Source of the DNA: Lytechinus pictus
Lineage: Eukaryota
Length of the DNA stretch: 64,000 nucleotides
Direction of reading: 5' to 3'
Assembly: GCF_037042905.1 (NCBI RefSeq)
Contig: NC_087250.1
Coordinates: 22,446,001 to 22,510,000 of the forward strand
The translations under genes were made by a program, and so were the position numbers. The stretch's first letter is position 1. Every line of letters begins with the position of its first letter. The notes beneath the pieces are model-generated. The model ran no database searches and was not told where the DNA came from. It worked only from the letters and a program-made list of their open reading frames with translations. Shown one piece after another: positions 44,201 to 56,200 of the stretch.

Positions 44201-47200
44201 GCCAGATAGTGCCACTTCACCAAGCACCAAATGGTCCCAGGACCAGGACACTGGGGACTATTGGAGACAAGTCCAGGTACTGGATGGGCTTGGTCCTAAA
44301 ATGAGCTATATCCACTTTTACTGATAATCGAAACACAGGCTTCTGCCATTAAATATTAATACTCTATGGTATTAATGATATACAAACAATGATATTGATT
44401 GAAATATGGTATATTGCTTTATCATGTATTGGTGATAATCAGTTATTGGCTTAAGGTTAGAATGTGAACAGTTTTTCATTTTATTATTGTTTTAGCTAAC
44501 AGTCAAATTTGTGAATGACTTGGTTTTAAGATTAGGATGATCTATCAGATAACACGACCTTCTTCACTATGTTATAAAACATTTTATACTCATCATTTTG
44601 CTCGGGCATTAGAATTACGCACACTTTTACTTTTGAAACAATCCAAATGCCCTCAGCTGTACCTGGGCTGTGTTAGAACTGTTCAAACAGTACCTTATGC
44701 ATATAGTTTATATAAATGCCCTCAATAATATGTATTATTATAGATATATGGACTGCTTTGAGAGGCATGGTTGTTTCTAGAGGCTCAAGGGGACCACAAC
44801 GCGACTATGCCCGAGGGCTTTGCCCGAGGGCATGGTCTGGCCGATGCGGTACCCGCGAGCCGAATTGAAACAACCATGACTCGAATATAAAAGCAGTCCA
44901 TATATATTTTATGAACCGAATTATTAAACATAAACGTTAGCCTGGTCTAGGTTTAGATCTAGTAAAACTAAAACAAAAAAGCCTGCCCCTGGCCTAGGCC
45001 CAGAGCTAACGTAAGGTCTAGGCCCTTACTTAGCCCTGCCCTGAAGTTAGGTCTCAAAATCGAATATCAAAGCAGTTCCCGAGCAGTTCATACCGATAGG
45101 CCCTACTAGGCCTAGGCTATATATTTTTAGGAACCAAATTAGGGTTTGATTCTGAATAGGGTCTAGGGCCTACAGTGTAGCTAGATCTAAAGTTCAGTCT
45201 TAAAATTTAGACTAGAGTATAATCTAACGTTAGATCTAGTCGACTAAACCTACGTCCTAACGTTAGATCTAAAGTCTACTCTTAACTTCTTAGCTAACGA
45301 CAATTAACATTAGATCTACCCGTCCTAACGTTGTCGTTTGTCAATACCTAACTGTCCCAGGCTATAAGGTTAAGTAACGACATGAACGAGTTAAACGTTT
45401 ATTGTTAGAAAGTGCAGTGACCGTCTAATCTTTTCACCTGACTCACCTTTTGCGAGCATGCATTTGTGCGAACTTCCCCAAGACTTGATGATTGATATAC
45501 ATCCGTTATGTCCTTAATAAGCTAGTTTTATTTTCAATAAATGCCATATATTTTATCAGGAATTAACAAGCAAAAGTCAAAGATCGGCATCGTTCCATCG
45601 ATATGTCATATCCGTTGCGCGCACTTGCGCAATAAGCGCGTAAATGCGCGAATTGTCTAAAACTTTCGATCAAATCGCGCGGATATTTATGGTATCCGTA
45701 ATTACCGCAGAAAGCAACATTTTGCATGCAATCAAATGGGGATTTCAGCCAAATTTTGCTATGCCCGTCGTTAAGGGGCGGGTCAGGGGGCAACGGGCAG
45801 AAATCTTGTTAACTATGCCCGTTGCCCTTGGTTACCACCTTAGTTCGTTGTTTTGAAGGCATGGTCGTTTACATGACCTCAGTTTTGACCAATCAGAGGA
45901 ACGGATTATTCGACATTCTTAAAGAGAGGTTTATAATTTATACTATTTCTCCTAGATTACTTTGGATGCTATTCCTTCAGCCTATTCCTATGAGGTTCTA
46001 TTCAAGGGTACAGTTGGATCTTCCTTCATGAGTGATATATCATTAGATGATATCATGTTTTATGATGGGGAATGTTCTGGTAAGTTGGTTGGTTGGTTGA
46101 TAGATTGATAGATTGGTTGGTTGGTTGGTTGGTTGGTTGGTTGGTTGGTTGGTTGGTCGGTCGGTCGGTCGGTCGGTTATTGATGGTTTGATCGTTTGCT
46201 TGTTTAGTCAATTACTTGATTAACTAATTTATTTTTTATTTATCAATACAAACAGAATATGTTTATTTGATATATGTCACTGTTATATGTATTCAAATCA
46301 GCTTTCTAAAAATTTAACAAGAATGCAGTTAAAGAGTTCATGACATTTAATACAATACGATCGATAAGGACAAGACCCACGAGATGACATAATATGTAAT
46401 ATGTTTCTGGATGCCCTAAATGTACAAATGTACAATTAGTTCAATAAAATGACATTTCAAATCAATCTGATGCAAGAACATGACAACAAGATATAAAAGA
46501 TACTATAACACACATTACAAACTCACAAACTTCCATGAAGACCATATTATAAAAAGACATGCGTTGCCAGTATTGAATTTTAACTGTATATGATAATAAA
46601 ATCACTTAGAAAAGATACTAAACAATTTACAAAGAATCAATATGGAAGAGGAACAGTCATTTTTTATTGCATCTTCTTTTCTTCTAGATCCTCCTACTGA
46701 CTGTGACTTTGTGTGTAACGATGGAACTGACAAATGTCTACCCAATAAGCAGGTCTGTGATTTTGTATCGCAGTGTGGGAATGGCAATGATGAATTGGAC
46801 TGCGGTAAGTTTTGGTGCTTGGAGCACTTCAATGGTTAGCAATGTAGACCCTGTTACTGTTAGTGTATATTATATTCTACATAAATCAAATACTGTAGTC
46901 TGATTGGTCTAAATAGTGTCATGTGACGAAGCATATTCTCACTATTTTGCGATGAAGATGAAAATGAAATACCCACTGAAGAAAATTTACTACTCCGTGA
47001 CATCAACAGTGCACTATTCCATCATTGACATCACAGGTCATTGACACAGATCATGCAATCTCTCGGGCGCACTGGTCAGCGAGGTGATTCTACCGGGCAA
47101 GTCTTCCTACAGATAAAATTGATCTATCCGTTGTCAAATTGAAACCGAATAATTGCAATTGACTACATATATTTTCTTGCAACACCCCCTATGTATAATT

Positions 47201-50200
47201 TGTTACAGGTACAACTTGTACATTTGAAGTGGACACCTGTCGTTGGTGGAATGCAGGTCACGGTACGCACAAGTTCAAACGTAACCAGGGATCTACTCCC
47301 GATAGTAACACTGGTCCTGCTTATGATCACACTACACTCACTTCTGCTGGTAATATTTCTCTCTTTCTCTATAATTGATGAATGTAAGATTTATAGTGAA
47401 TGTGAAATGTTTGTCGTTTCCTCTTTTCATTTGATTGCTAAACCCTGTCTTCTGAAGTCAGAGTTGCCTAACTCTGTACTACATGTATAATTATGGGAAG
47501 CCAAAAATGTCCACATCTGTGAAAAAGTTTGTGTTTCTTATGTTCACTGTGCTCTTTAATCATGCTATAACGGGGAATAAAACTGATTCAGATATTAGTC
47601 CCAGACATTTATGGATGATTTGTGTGACAGATGAGCTGATAGATTGAACCTGTACTATTAAACATTTGTGGCACAATTTGCTATCCATATTTACACTCTG
47701 ACCTTAGAACAAAGTTTAAATGAATCCAGAGTTCAGAATATGGGCCTCAGAATATAAGTACACATTAAGAATCCCATACAGAATACAATTATCACAATCA
47801 TGTACTGTTGATTTGAATAAGATTCCATTGTACTGTTCCATGCTGTGGAGATAAGTGGAATAATAATAGAAAGATCTAGGGAGAGAAATCGTATTGGTAG
47901 AAATAGATGTAACAGTATTAAACAGGGCTGATTTTTGTCTTGCCTGCGTAGCGGAGCGAGACATAGGTATCACTATTTCCGGCATCGTCGTCGTCAACAA
48001 TTGTGTTGTACACCCAATAATTTTCTATAGCTTTGAGGTGGGATCACCAAATTCATACCAGAGGTCCATCTCCTAAAGGCACAGGTTAAGTTCGAATATG
48101 AGTCGAATTTGAATAAGGTCAAAGGTCAATGAACTTTCCATGACTGGCACTGTGCTGTGTTGTACACATAATAACTTTCTATATCTTCGAGGTGGGATCA
48201 CCAAATTCATACCAGAGGTCCTTCTCCTGAAGGCACAGGTCAAGTTCGAATATGAGTCGAATTTGAATAAGGTCAAAGGTGCTGTGTTGTACACATAATA
48301 ACTTTTTATAACTTTGAGGTAGGATTGCCAAATTCAAACAAGAGGTCCATCTCTTGAAGGTGCAGGTCAAGTTCGAATGTGAGTTGAATTTGATTAAGGT
48401 CAATGAACTTTCCATGACTGGCACTGTGCTGTGTTGTACACACAATAACTTTCTATAGCTTCGAGGTGGGATCGCCAAACTCGTAACAGAGGTCCATCTA
48501 AGTCATATAGCATACATGTAGTTTTGACATGCAGTCTCTTCATGACTGCAATATGCAGGCGAGACAACGCTTGGCGTTTACCTTGTTTAAAACTGATGGC
48601 GGCAGTAGATATTATAAGAAAGTTTTTTTTAATTAACATAACCTTGCATGTATTTTAATTCTTGAATGTTTTAAAGGATGGTCTATATGCTATGTATGTA
48701 CCATGCACAATTACATTATTACCACTTCAAAATAGTATGAGCGAATTACGACACTTCCATAAAAAACATACTTCTTTTCCCACATAGACCAGTATTAAAG
48801 AAAAATCAATGTTTAAAATGTTCAATATCTCTCCCATTATCACCATAATCTTATTCTGATTAATCTAACTTTATAAAGGATGGTACATGTATGTCGGCAC
48901 CACGCCTAACAGCGGTGCAGCCTACGCTGTCTTATCCTCTCGTATGCACCGGAATGCTGCAGCCACCTGTGAGGTCCGGTTCTGGTATCATATGCTTGGT
49001 GACAACATTGGGAACCTACAGCTTTGGGTACAAGAACAGTACTTCTTGATGCTACCTTGGTTTAAGTCCGGGGATCAAGGAGACCGCTGGCAGGAGGGAA
49101 TCGCTGGACTGGGTCGCATCCATGGCGGCTTCAATGTAAGTCTCTAAAATTATGGCTAAGGGGACTATTTCATGAAAATGGTCGGCACTGGCAAGATTAT
49201 CATTATCATCATTATCTAACGGTTACCATACATGTCAGACACCTGCCCTTCCGTGTCAGCCAAAGTGAAAGAAACTTGTCAGATCGGACAACTTGTCAGA
49301 AAATAAATGTTAATGAGATGCTCATTTGATGAAGATAACCATCGGGATCAGGCTCCTTACCAAGAAGTCTCTGAGGCATCCTTCTGCAAGGTTCCTGCTA
49401 TGAAGAACTATAAGCCAATCCATAGACAATTACAGTAAAACCTGCAAATTGACGACCACAGTTTAAACCAAGAGACAAAATCCTCGTTCTAGCTCCCAAC
49501 CTGCGTATGACAAAAAAAAGTCTGGTCAAAATTTACACAAGGGATTTTTACTGATAATCAAGGAGGAACTGTCAAAGAATGCTTAACTCTTAACAGAATA
49601 CTTGTGTCTTATTAAGAGGATAAGTATTCTCTTCTCTTGAATATTTTCATTCTATTCACTTAAGATTTCATATTTTTAAAAGACTTTCCTCCAATAACTT
49701 TACTCTAATTGATACTTAACTCTTGTATATTTGTATAGAATACTTTTCTGTTACGTACTTCATTTCATATTACTCAATGTCAATTTGTAGGTGAAGTTCC
49801 AGTCCATACGTAACTTTGATGTTTTAGGGGATGTGGCCATAGATGACATAAGAATGGAGAGATGTGGTCTTCCAGGTAAGTCACTCCATTAGATTTAATG
49901 TGATTTCTGTTAATCGATGGTTATTTATAGGCTACATGCTCTTTTTGTCGAGCCCTCATTGTCAGAAATACTTTTTGTACATTATGACAATGCACTGTTT
50001 CCATTATTTTATGTTCATCTTATCTTCTCTTTTTTTTGTCAGTTCTTTTTGAGAATGAAAATATTTTGAATTGAATTATGCATCGTCTGTATTTTTAGCT
50101 GCCATCCTGAAGGGCCATTTTGTATTCAGTCAATAAATGTATTGCTGTACAATATCATGGGAAACCATATTCTAGATCTATTTTCCCCTTTCCCTATATG

Positions 50201-53200
50201 TTTTAGGGACTCATGGCATGCCACAGTCACAAACTTGCATCATATGATATGCAGAAATCTCATACAAACTAAATTTCAATAATATAACTTTAAAAATTGT
50301 TGAAGGTTCTTTGTTATTAAGTATAAAAGTAAAGGTCCAAGATCTGATAAAAGGTCCTTTTGTCTAATAAAGTGCACTTTCTGTGATGTACTGTGGTAAC
50401 TCAACAGTACTTTAAAGTTGATCAAAACCAATAAGAAGGCAAATATATATAATAATATTGCTCTGAGATTATCACCAGCACAAACTTCTTAATGTTTGTT
50501 TTTATCATAACCAGCTGAGCAGTCTTCTGCATGTGCCAGTGATGAGTTCCGTTGTACCCGCAATGCATGCATTAACATCCATCGTCTGTGTGACTTCACT
50601 GATGATTGTGGGGACGGCTCTGATGAAGACCCCGCCATCTGTGGTAATTATTACTCAAATAGTCTTTCTTGGTATTTATTTTCCATTCAGCGCAAGCATA
50701 TGTTATTGTAGAGTAAATTGGATCAGTAATCAGATTCTTTAAGAATTATTATATGAATGGAGCAAAGCAATTTCACAAAGTATGTTCGTCTGATCCCCCA
50801 GATGGGAACCTCTCTATAAGTTTTGTAGTTTGTATAAATAGGTTTATTATTCTTAATGGGTTTAGCACTACATGTACTTGAAGTGAATTCAATAAACAGG
50901 AACATGGGGGTGAGGAATAGACAAAAATTGATTATTTCAAGGAATTGCCTAGCACAAGCTCGATTGCTCAATTTTACATCTTTTGAAGATCCCGCCATCT
51001 GTGGTAACTATTACCCCATTGTCTTTTTGGTATTTCTTTTCATTTGGAAGGTTTTGTCAGCATTATTATATTTTCATTCAGCAGAAACATAATGTCCTGT
51101 CATTGTGGAGTAAATTAGATCTGTAATCAGATTCTTTAAGAATCATGATATGAATGTAGCAAACCAACTCCACAAAATATGTTCATCTGATCCCCCATTT
51201 TGGGACCTCTCAGAATTAAAAGTTTTCTAGTTTGTATAAATGGGTTTATTGTTATCAATGGCTTTGGTACTACTTGAAGTAAATTCAATAAAGAGGATTA
51301 AAGGGTTAGGAATAGACAAAAGTCAATTATTTTATGGAATTGCTTAGCACAAGCTCGATTGCTCAAATTTTTTATCTTCTTTTCTTTCTGCAGGAGGATA
51401 CGACCAGTGCAGTTTTGAAGATGACTTTTGTGATTGGACCCAAGATGTCTATGATGATACTGACTTCATCAGAAAGACGGGACCATCGGATACAGAAAAC
51501 TATGCTACAGGACCATATAGAGATCATACAACACAGTATACAGGTAGGCCATCTAATAAGTAAAGTGGAACCAGATTGACTATCAGTGGCAAGTAACAGT
51601 CTTGGTGCTCTACAACAACATAATATTACTGATTGGCGTCATCTTTCATTTTTGAAAGACAGAAGTACTAGGGTTCTGAAAGAATCACATTATTCATATT
51701 TCAGATAAATATTTGAATGATTTAATGTGCAACAATTAGAAGAAAAAATACTGTCTTGAAAAAATATATGTGAAATAGACATATATACATGTATGTTCAA
51801 ATTAAATCATCAAAGGACTACATACATTTTATTACATGTGTTTGTGGGCCATTTCAAATCTTACTTTTTGGAATGATAAGATTTTGTTTTTACTGTACCA
51901 ACCCTAAATCACTGGATGCTTTTATACCAAGTATGCATAAAAAATTGTTATATGTACCACATGCAGGCTTCTATACATGTATGTTCAAATTAAATCACAA
52001 AAGTACTACATATTACATGGGTCTGTGGGCTGCTTCAAATCATATCTTATAAAGATTATGCATATTTTGTATAATAAGATATAAAAATATCTTTATTATA
52101 CCAAGTATGCATAATCTTTTTATGTAAAACATGCAGGCTTCTATCTGGTAATGGACTCAAGCGAGCAAGGTTTGTCAGAAGGAGATAAAGCAAGATTGTT
52201 CAGTCCTGCTTATCAACAAGTCAATCAGAACAGATACTGCAGGGTAAGACCTGGGGAGTGTTTCATGTAGCATCTTGTTAATGATTTTTCACTGGAAAAC
52301 TTGCTCTGAGCCAATCAGATGCAAGGATTTTAGTAGCTTGTAACAAATATTCAGTGAAAATCACTGACTGATTGTTTTGATGAGATGGTTTCATGAGATT
52401 ATGTTACTTTCTGTGCATTGTTTTAGTATCATTTTGTTTGTTCACCACAAATACCGTAAGCTTCTTTGAAAATTCTGAGATTTTTTTGTCAAAGTATGAT
52501 AATTTGGATACTGTTTAATGATATTAGGGTTGCCTTAATTTCAGCAGGTTTGCTTGAAAATACCAGGGTTGATTTTGTCACAATGTGACATTTCTCAACT
52601 TCGATCTATGTAGTATTTTCTAATGATTCAATTTAATGGCATATTTCAGCAAGTTTCTCAAAAAATACTTTTGTTTTATTATTTTGCATGTACTGCTTGT
52701 TGAAAATTCTAAGAGAGAAAACATATTGACATTATATCCCCAAAGGAATATGAAAAACAGATAAAAATTTTCTCTCAGACTGATGGATGTATTTTTTTTC
52801 TTTTTTGCTAGAATCATCCCACCCCTGTCACCAAAATTTCCCATTCAAATATGTGCTCCAAACATCCCATTCATAAATAAATATGCTTTGTAGACTTCAA
52901 CTGTCAAATCAAATCAACTTTTCATATTTGGAAAGCCAGGAAGCTTTGTCACCAATCCGCCTGATGGTGTTGTTGATGAATCTGTCCATGAAATCGTATC
53001 AATTGTTTTAAATTGTGTTTTACGCCATTTTTGTAAAGAACTTGACTAGTCTAGATATTTCTGTTCCCTAATATTCTAACAAAGATCATATTTAAAGCAA
53101 CTTTATACAAGAAATGGTGCTCAACCTGTTACTCAAATTTGTCAAATCTTTGGAATATTCATATCATCTCTCGTTAGTTCCGTGTATGGTACCACATGTT

Positions 53201-56200
53201 CGGGAGTGACCTTGGAACCTTTAACATTTACTACCGGGTCGGCATTGGAGCCTATCTCACACCCCTCTTCTCAAAGACTGGGCATTCCAATGACTACTGG
53301 GAGCTTGCAGATGTTGAAGTCACATCAGACCTAAATTTCCAGGTAATATTTATTGATATATCACAGGTATCACTCTTTATCAATGTAATGACTACTGGGA
53401 ATGTACAGTTGTTGATGTTATATCAGATATAATTTTCAGGTAATATTTATGGCTATATCACAGATAGAATTTTGTATCACTCTAATGATCATTGGGAGCT
53501 TACAGGTGTTGAGTCATAACAGATCTGATTGTCCAGGTAATATATAATGTTATGTCACAGAGCAATTCCTCTGCTGAATAAACATGTATGTAAATACTTG
53601 ATGCATGTACCTGCTTAAAGATGTTACAAAACTAAACAAAATGTACCTTAGACTTCAATGCATTTTATAGACCTTTCTGCTTTATGAACTAATGTCATTT
53701 AAAGTTGTAGATACATGTATTGCAGAAGTCATAAGAAAATTCTAGGAATAATCCAAAAGATATTTTTTTCTAATTTGATTGAATTAGTTATACATGTATC
53801 TTTTTTGTCCCTGTTTAATGTGAAAAAGGCTGTTTTACCCCCAGAAATGGTGAATTATGCTTCCTTCAACATACTACACACACCAATATTTGTTTATACA
53901 CACCAAGGTCCCGTAACTTAAAGGTTAGCGATTAATCGTAAGCTTGATTTTACGATTGATTGTACATTGTAGTCAATGGAATCTATCATGGAAAAATGTT
54001 CTACGATCATTGCTAAGCTTTGTGTTACGGGCCCCAAGTCTTTGTTTTGTGTTATGTTTTCCTAAGATTGCTATTGAAGATGTAAGGAGAAAGAGTCCAG
54101 TTGGCATTCTCTTCATACATGTATGTTGCTATTCTTTTCTTTTCTTAGATTGTCATTGAAGCTCTAAGAGGCAACGGTCCAGCTGGCGATATTGCAATTG
54201 ATGACACATCTATAACATCAGATTGCATCAGATCACCAAGTGAGTTCAAACCTTAGCATTCTAAAATCAAGTTAACACAGATATTATGTGCATACCGGAT
54301 GTCCCCCTCCGTCTAAAAATATCCTGTTGTTATCAAAACTTCTCAACAACAATGCTGATTTTTCCTCACAAAAAGTGGATGAAATGCTTTTATGTTGCAT
54401 ACATATAATATTTTGCATATCCAATAGATAAACTTGTTCCAGTGATAGTGTTCTAACCTTCAGATTTAAGGGCACAAGAAAACTCCTATCTAATATTTTG
54501 GTAAATTTTTAGATTATTTTACTTTTCTATGTATCTTTACATTCTGTAATCTCTTCAACCAAGTATGTTGGTACTATTTTCTTCATTTTGATGTTTAACA
54601 CTTGCTTTAATTCTGTCTTTTTTTTCCCAACCCATCTTTTACAGCTGAGCTACAACCAGGTGCTACGTCGCCCCCTATAGTTACATACGGTCCATGTGGG
54701 CAGGGCAAATGGCAATGTGCTGATCTTAGCTGTATTGACTTGGATCTCTTCTGTAACTATGAGGCTGATTGCTTGGGAGGGGAGGATGAGGCTTCGTGTG
54801 GTAAGGATATGAAGAAGGGCATATCTATGATGGAAGGGAAATGGAAGAGGGGTGTAAAAGTGAGGCAAAGACTGTAGAATGTCCTGTTGTAAAACTGTCT
54901 CTCCCCCCCCCCCCATAAAAAAAGCAATCACTTTCTTGGAAAACTTACAAAGAAGAAAATGTGATTTCTTCCCATTTATCCCATGAGAGCAGGAGAGATA
55001 CACCACACAGTTTGGGGTCAAAGGGGGCATTGTGCACTCTCACCCCCCCCCCCTCCTTCATTTGACCCAACATTAAGCTTACTGTGAAAAACCTATTGCC
55101 TATTGTCTGAATATAAAGCCTAACTGCCCTGATAGGGACTTCGCATAGAAGGTCCCTCTCAACAAGTAGTTTTCGTACTAGCCTTGTATCAAGACCAACT
55201 AGTTGATTAATTTGACCAGTCATTTAAATATTCTGATTAATTTATGTTGTTAATTGATTGCATGCCTGACATATCATGTGTGATAAGTATGTTTAGTAAC
55301 ATATTCAGATTCTAAAAAAATATGGTACTCTCAACAATTACCTGAAAGCTTTCTGTACTGACTGCACAGAAACATTGTTAGCGATAACAGAGGCCCTGTT
55401 ACAATCTTTACTTTGGCAGCGATGCCTAAAGTTACAACAATGCATTGCTTCTGTAACTATGAGGCTGATTGCTTGGGAGGGGAGGATGAGGCTTCGTGTG
55501 GTAAGGATATGAAGAAGGGCATATCTATGATGATTGAAATAAATGTTTTGACTTAATAATTCGAAAGATGTGGCTGGGCTTACTCTTGACGCTCTGTTAG
55601 GCTAACAACATTTGTGTGCGACCGGCACTGAAGGATTGCCTGACATAGCAACCACAGAGGCGTGCCAACTAGATTCCATGTATTTTAGTTTATTCATTAC
55701 TAACAGAAATGCCTTATTACATGCTTCCAAGGAAGACACATGCATTAATAATAATTATAATAATAGCTGGACTTATATAGCGCTTTTTGCCAGAGGATAC
55801 AAAGCGCTTGCTATTATTACCCTGGCTTTAGCATGAGCTACCATCACCGGCGCTCAGTGCATGCAAGGAATTAATCGTACCGGGTACCATTCACCTCACC
55901 TGGGTCGAGTGCAGCACAGTGGATAAATTTCTTGCTGAAAGAAAACACGCCATGGCTAGGATTTGAACCCACGACCCTCTGTTTGAAAGGCGAGAGTGAG
56001 AACCACTAGACCACGACGCACCCACATTAAAGTTTAATCACGTAATAGACAGAACTATAATTATTATGTAATGTTTTTAGGATCGTGTGACTTTGAGAGT
56101 GGTCAGTGTGGTTACCAGGATGATAGCTATGGAAGCTTTGCTTGGAGTAGAGACCAGGGGAGTCTGATCAAAGATGCTGGAGGTAAGATGATTTAATATG

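Noticed and set aside
54650..55030. Antisense ORFs overlapping exons (also 2678-2935, 23992-24303, 39129-39446)
   Set aside because: Shadow ORFs opposite GC-richer coding exons; no recognisable domains
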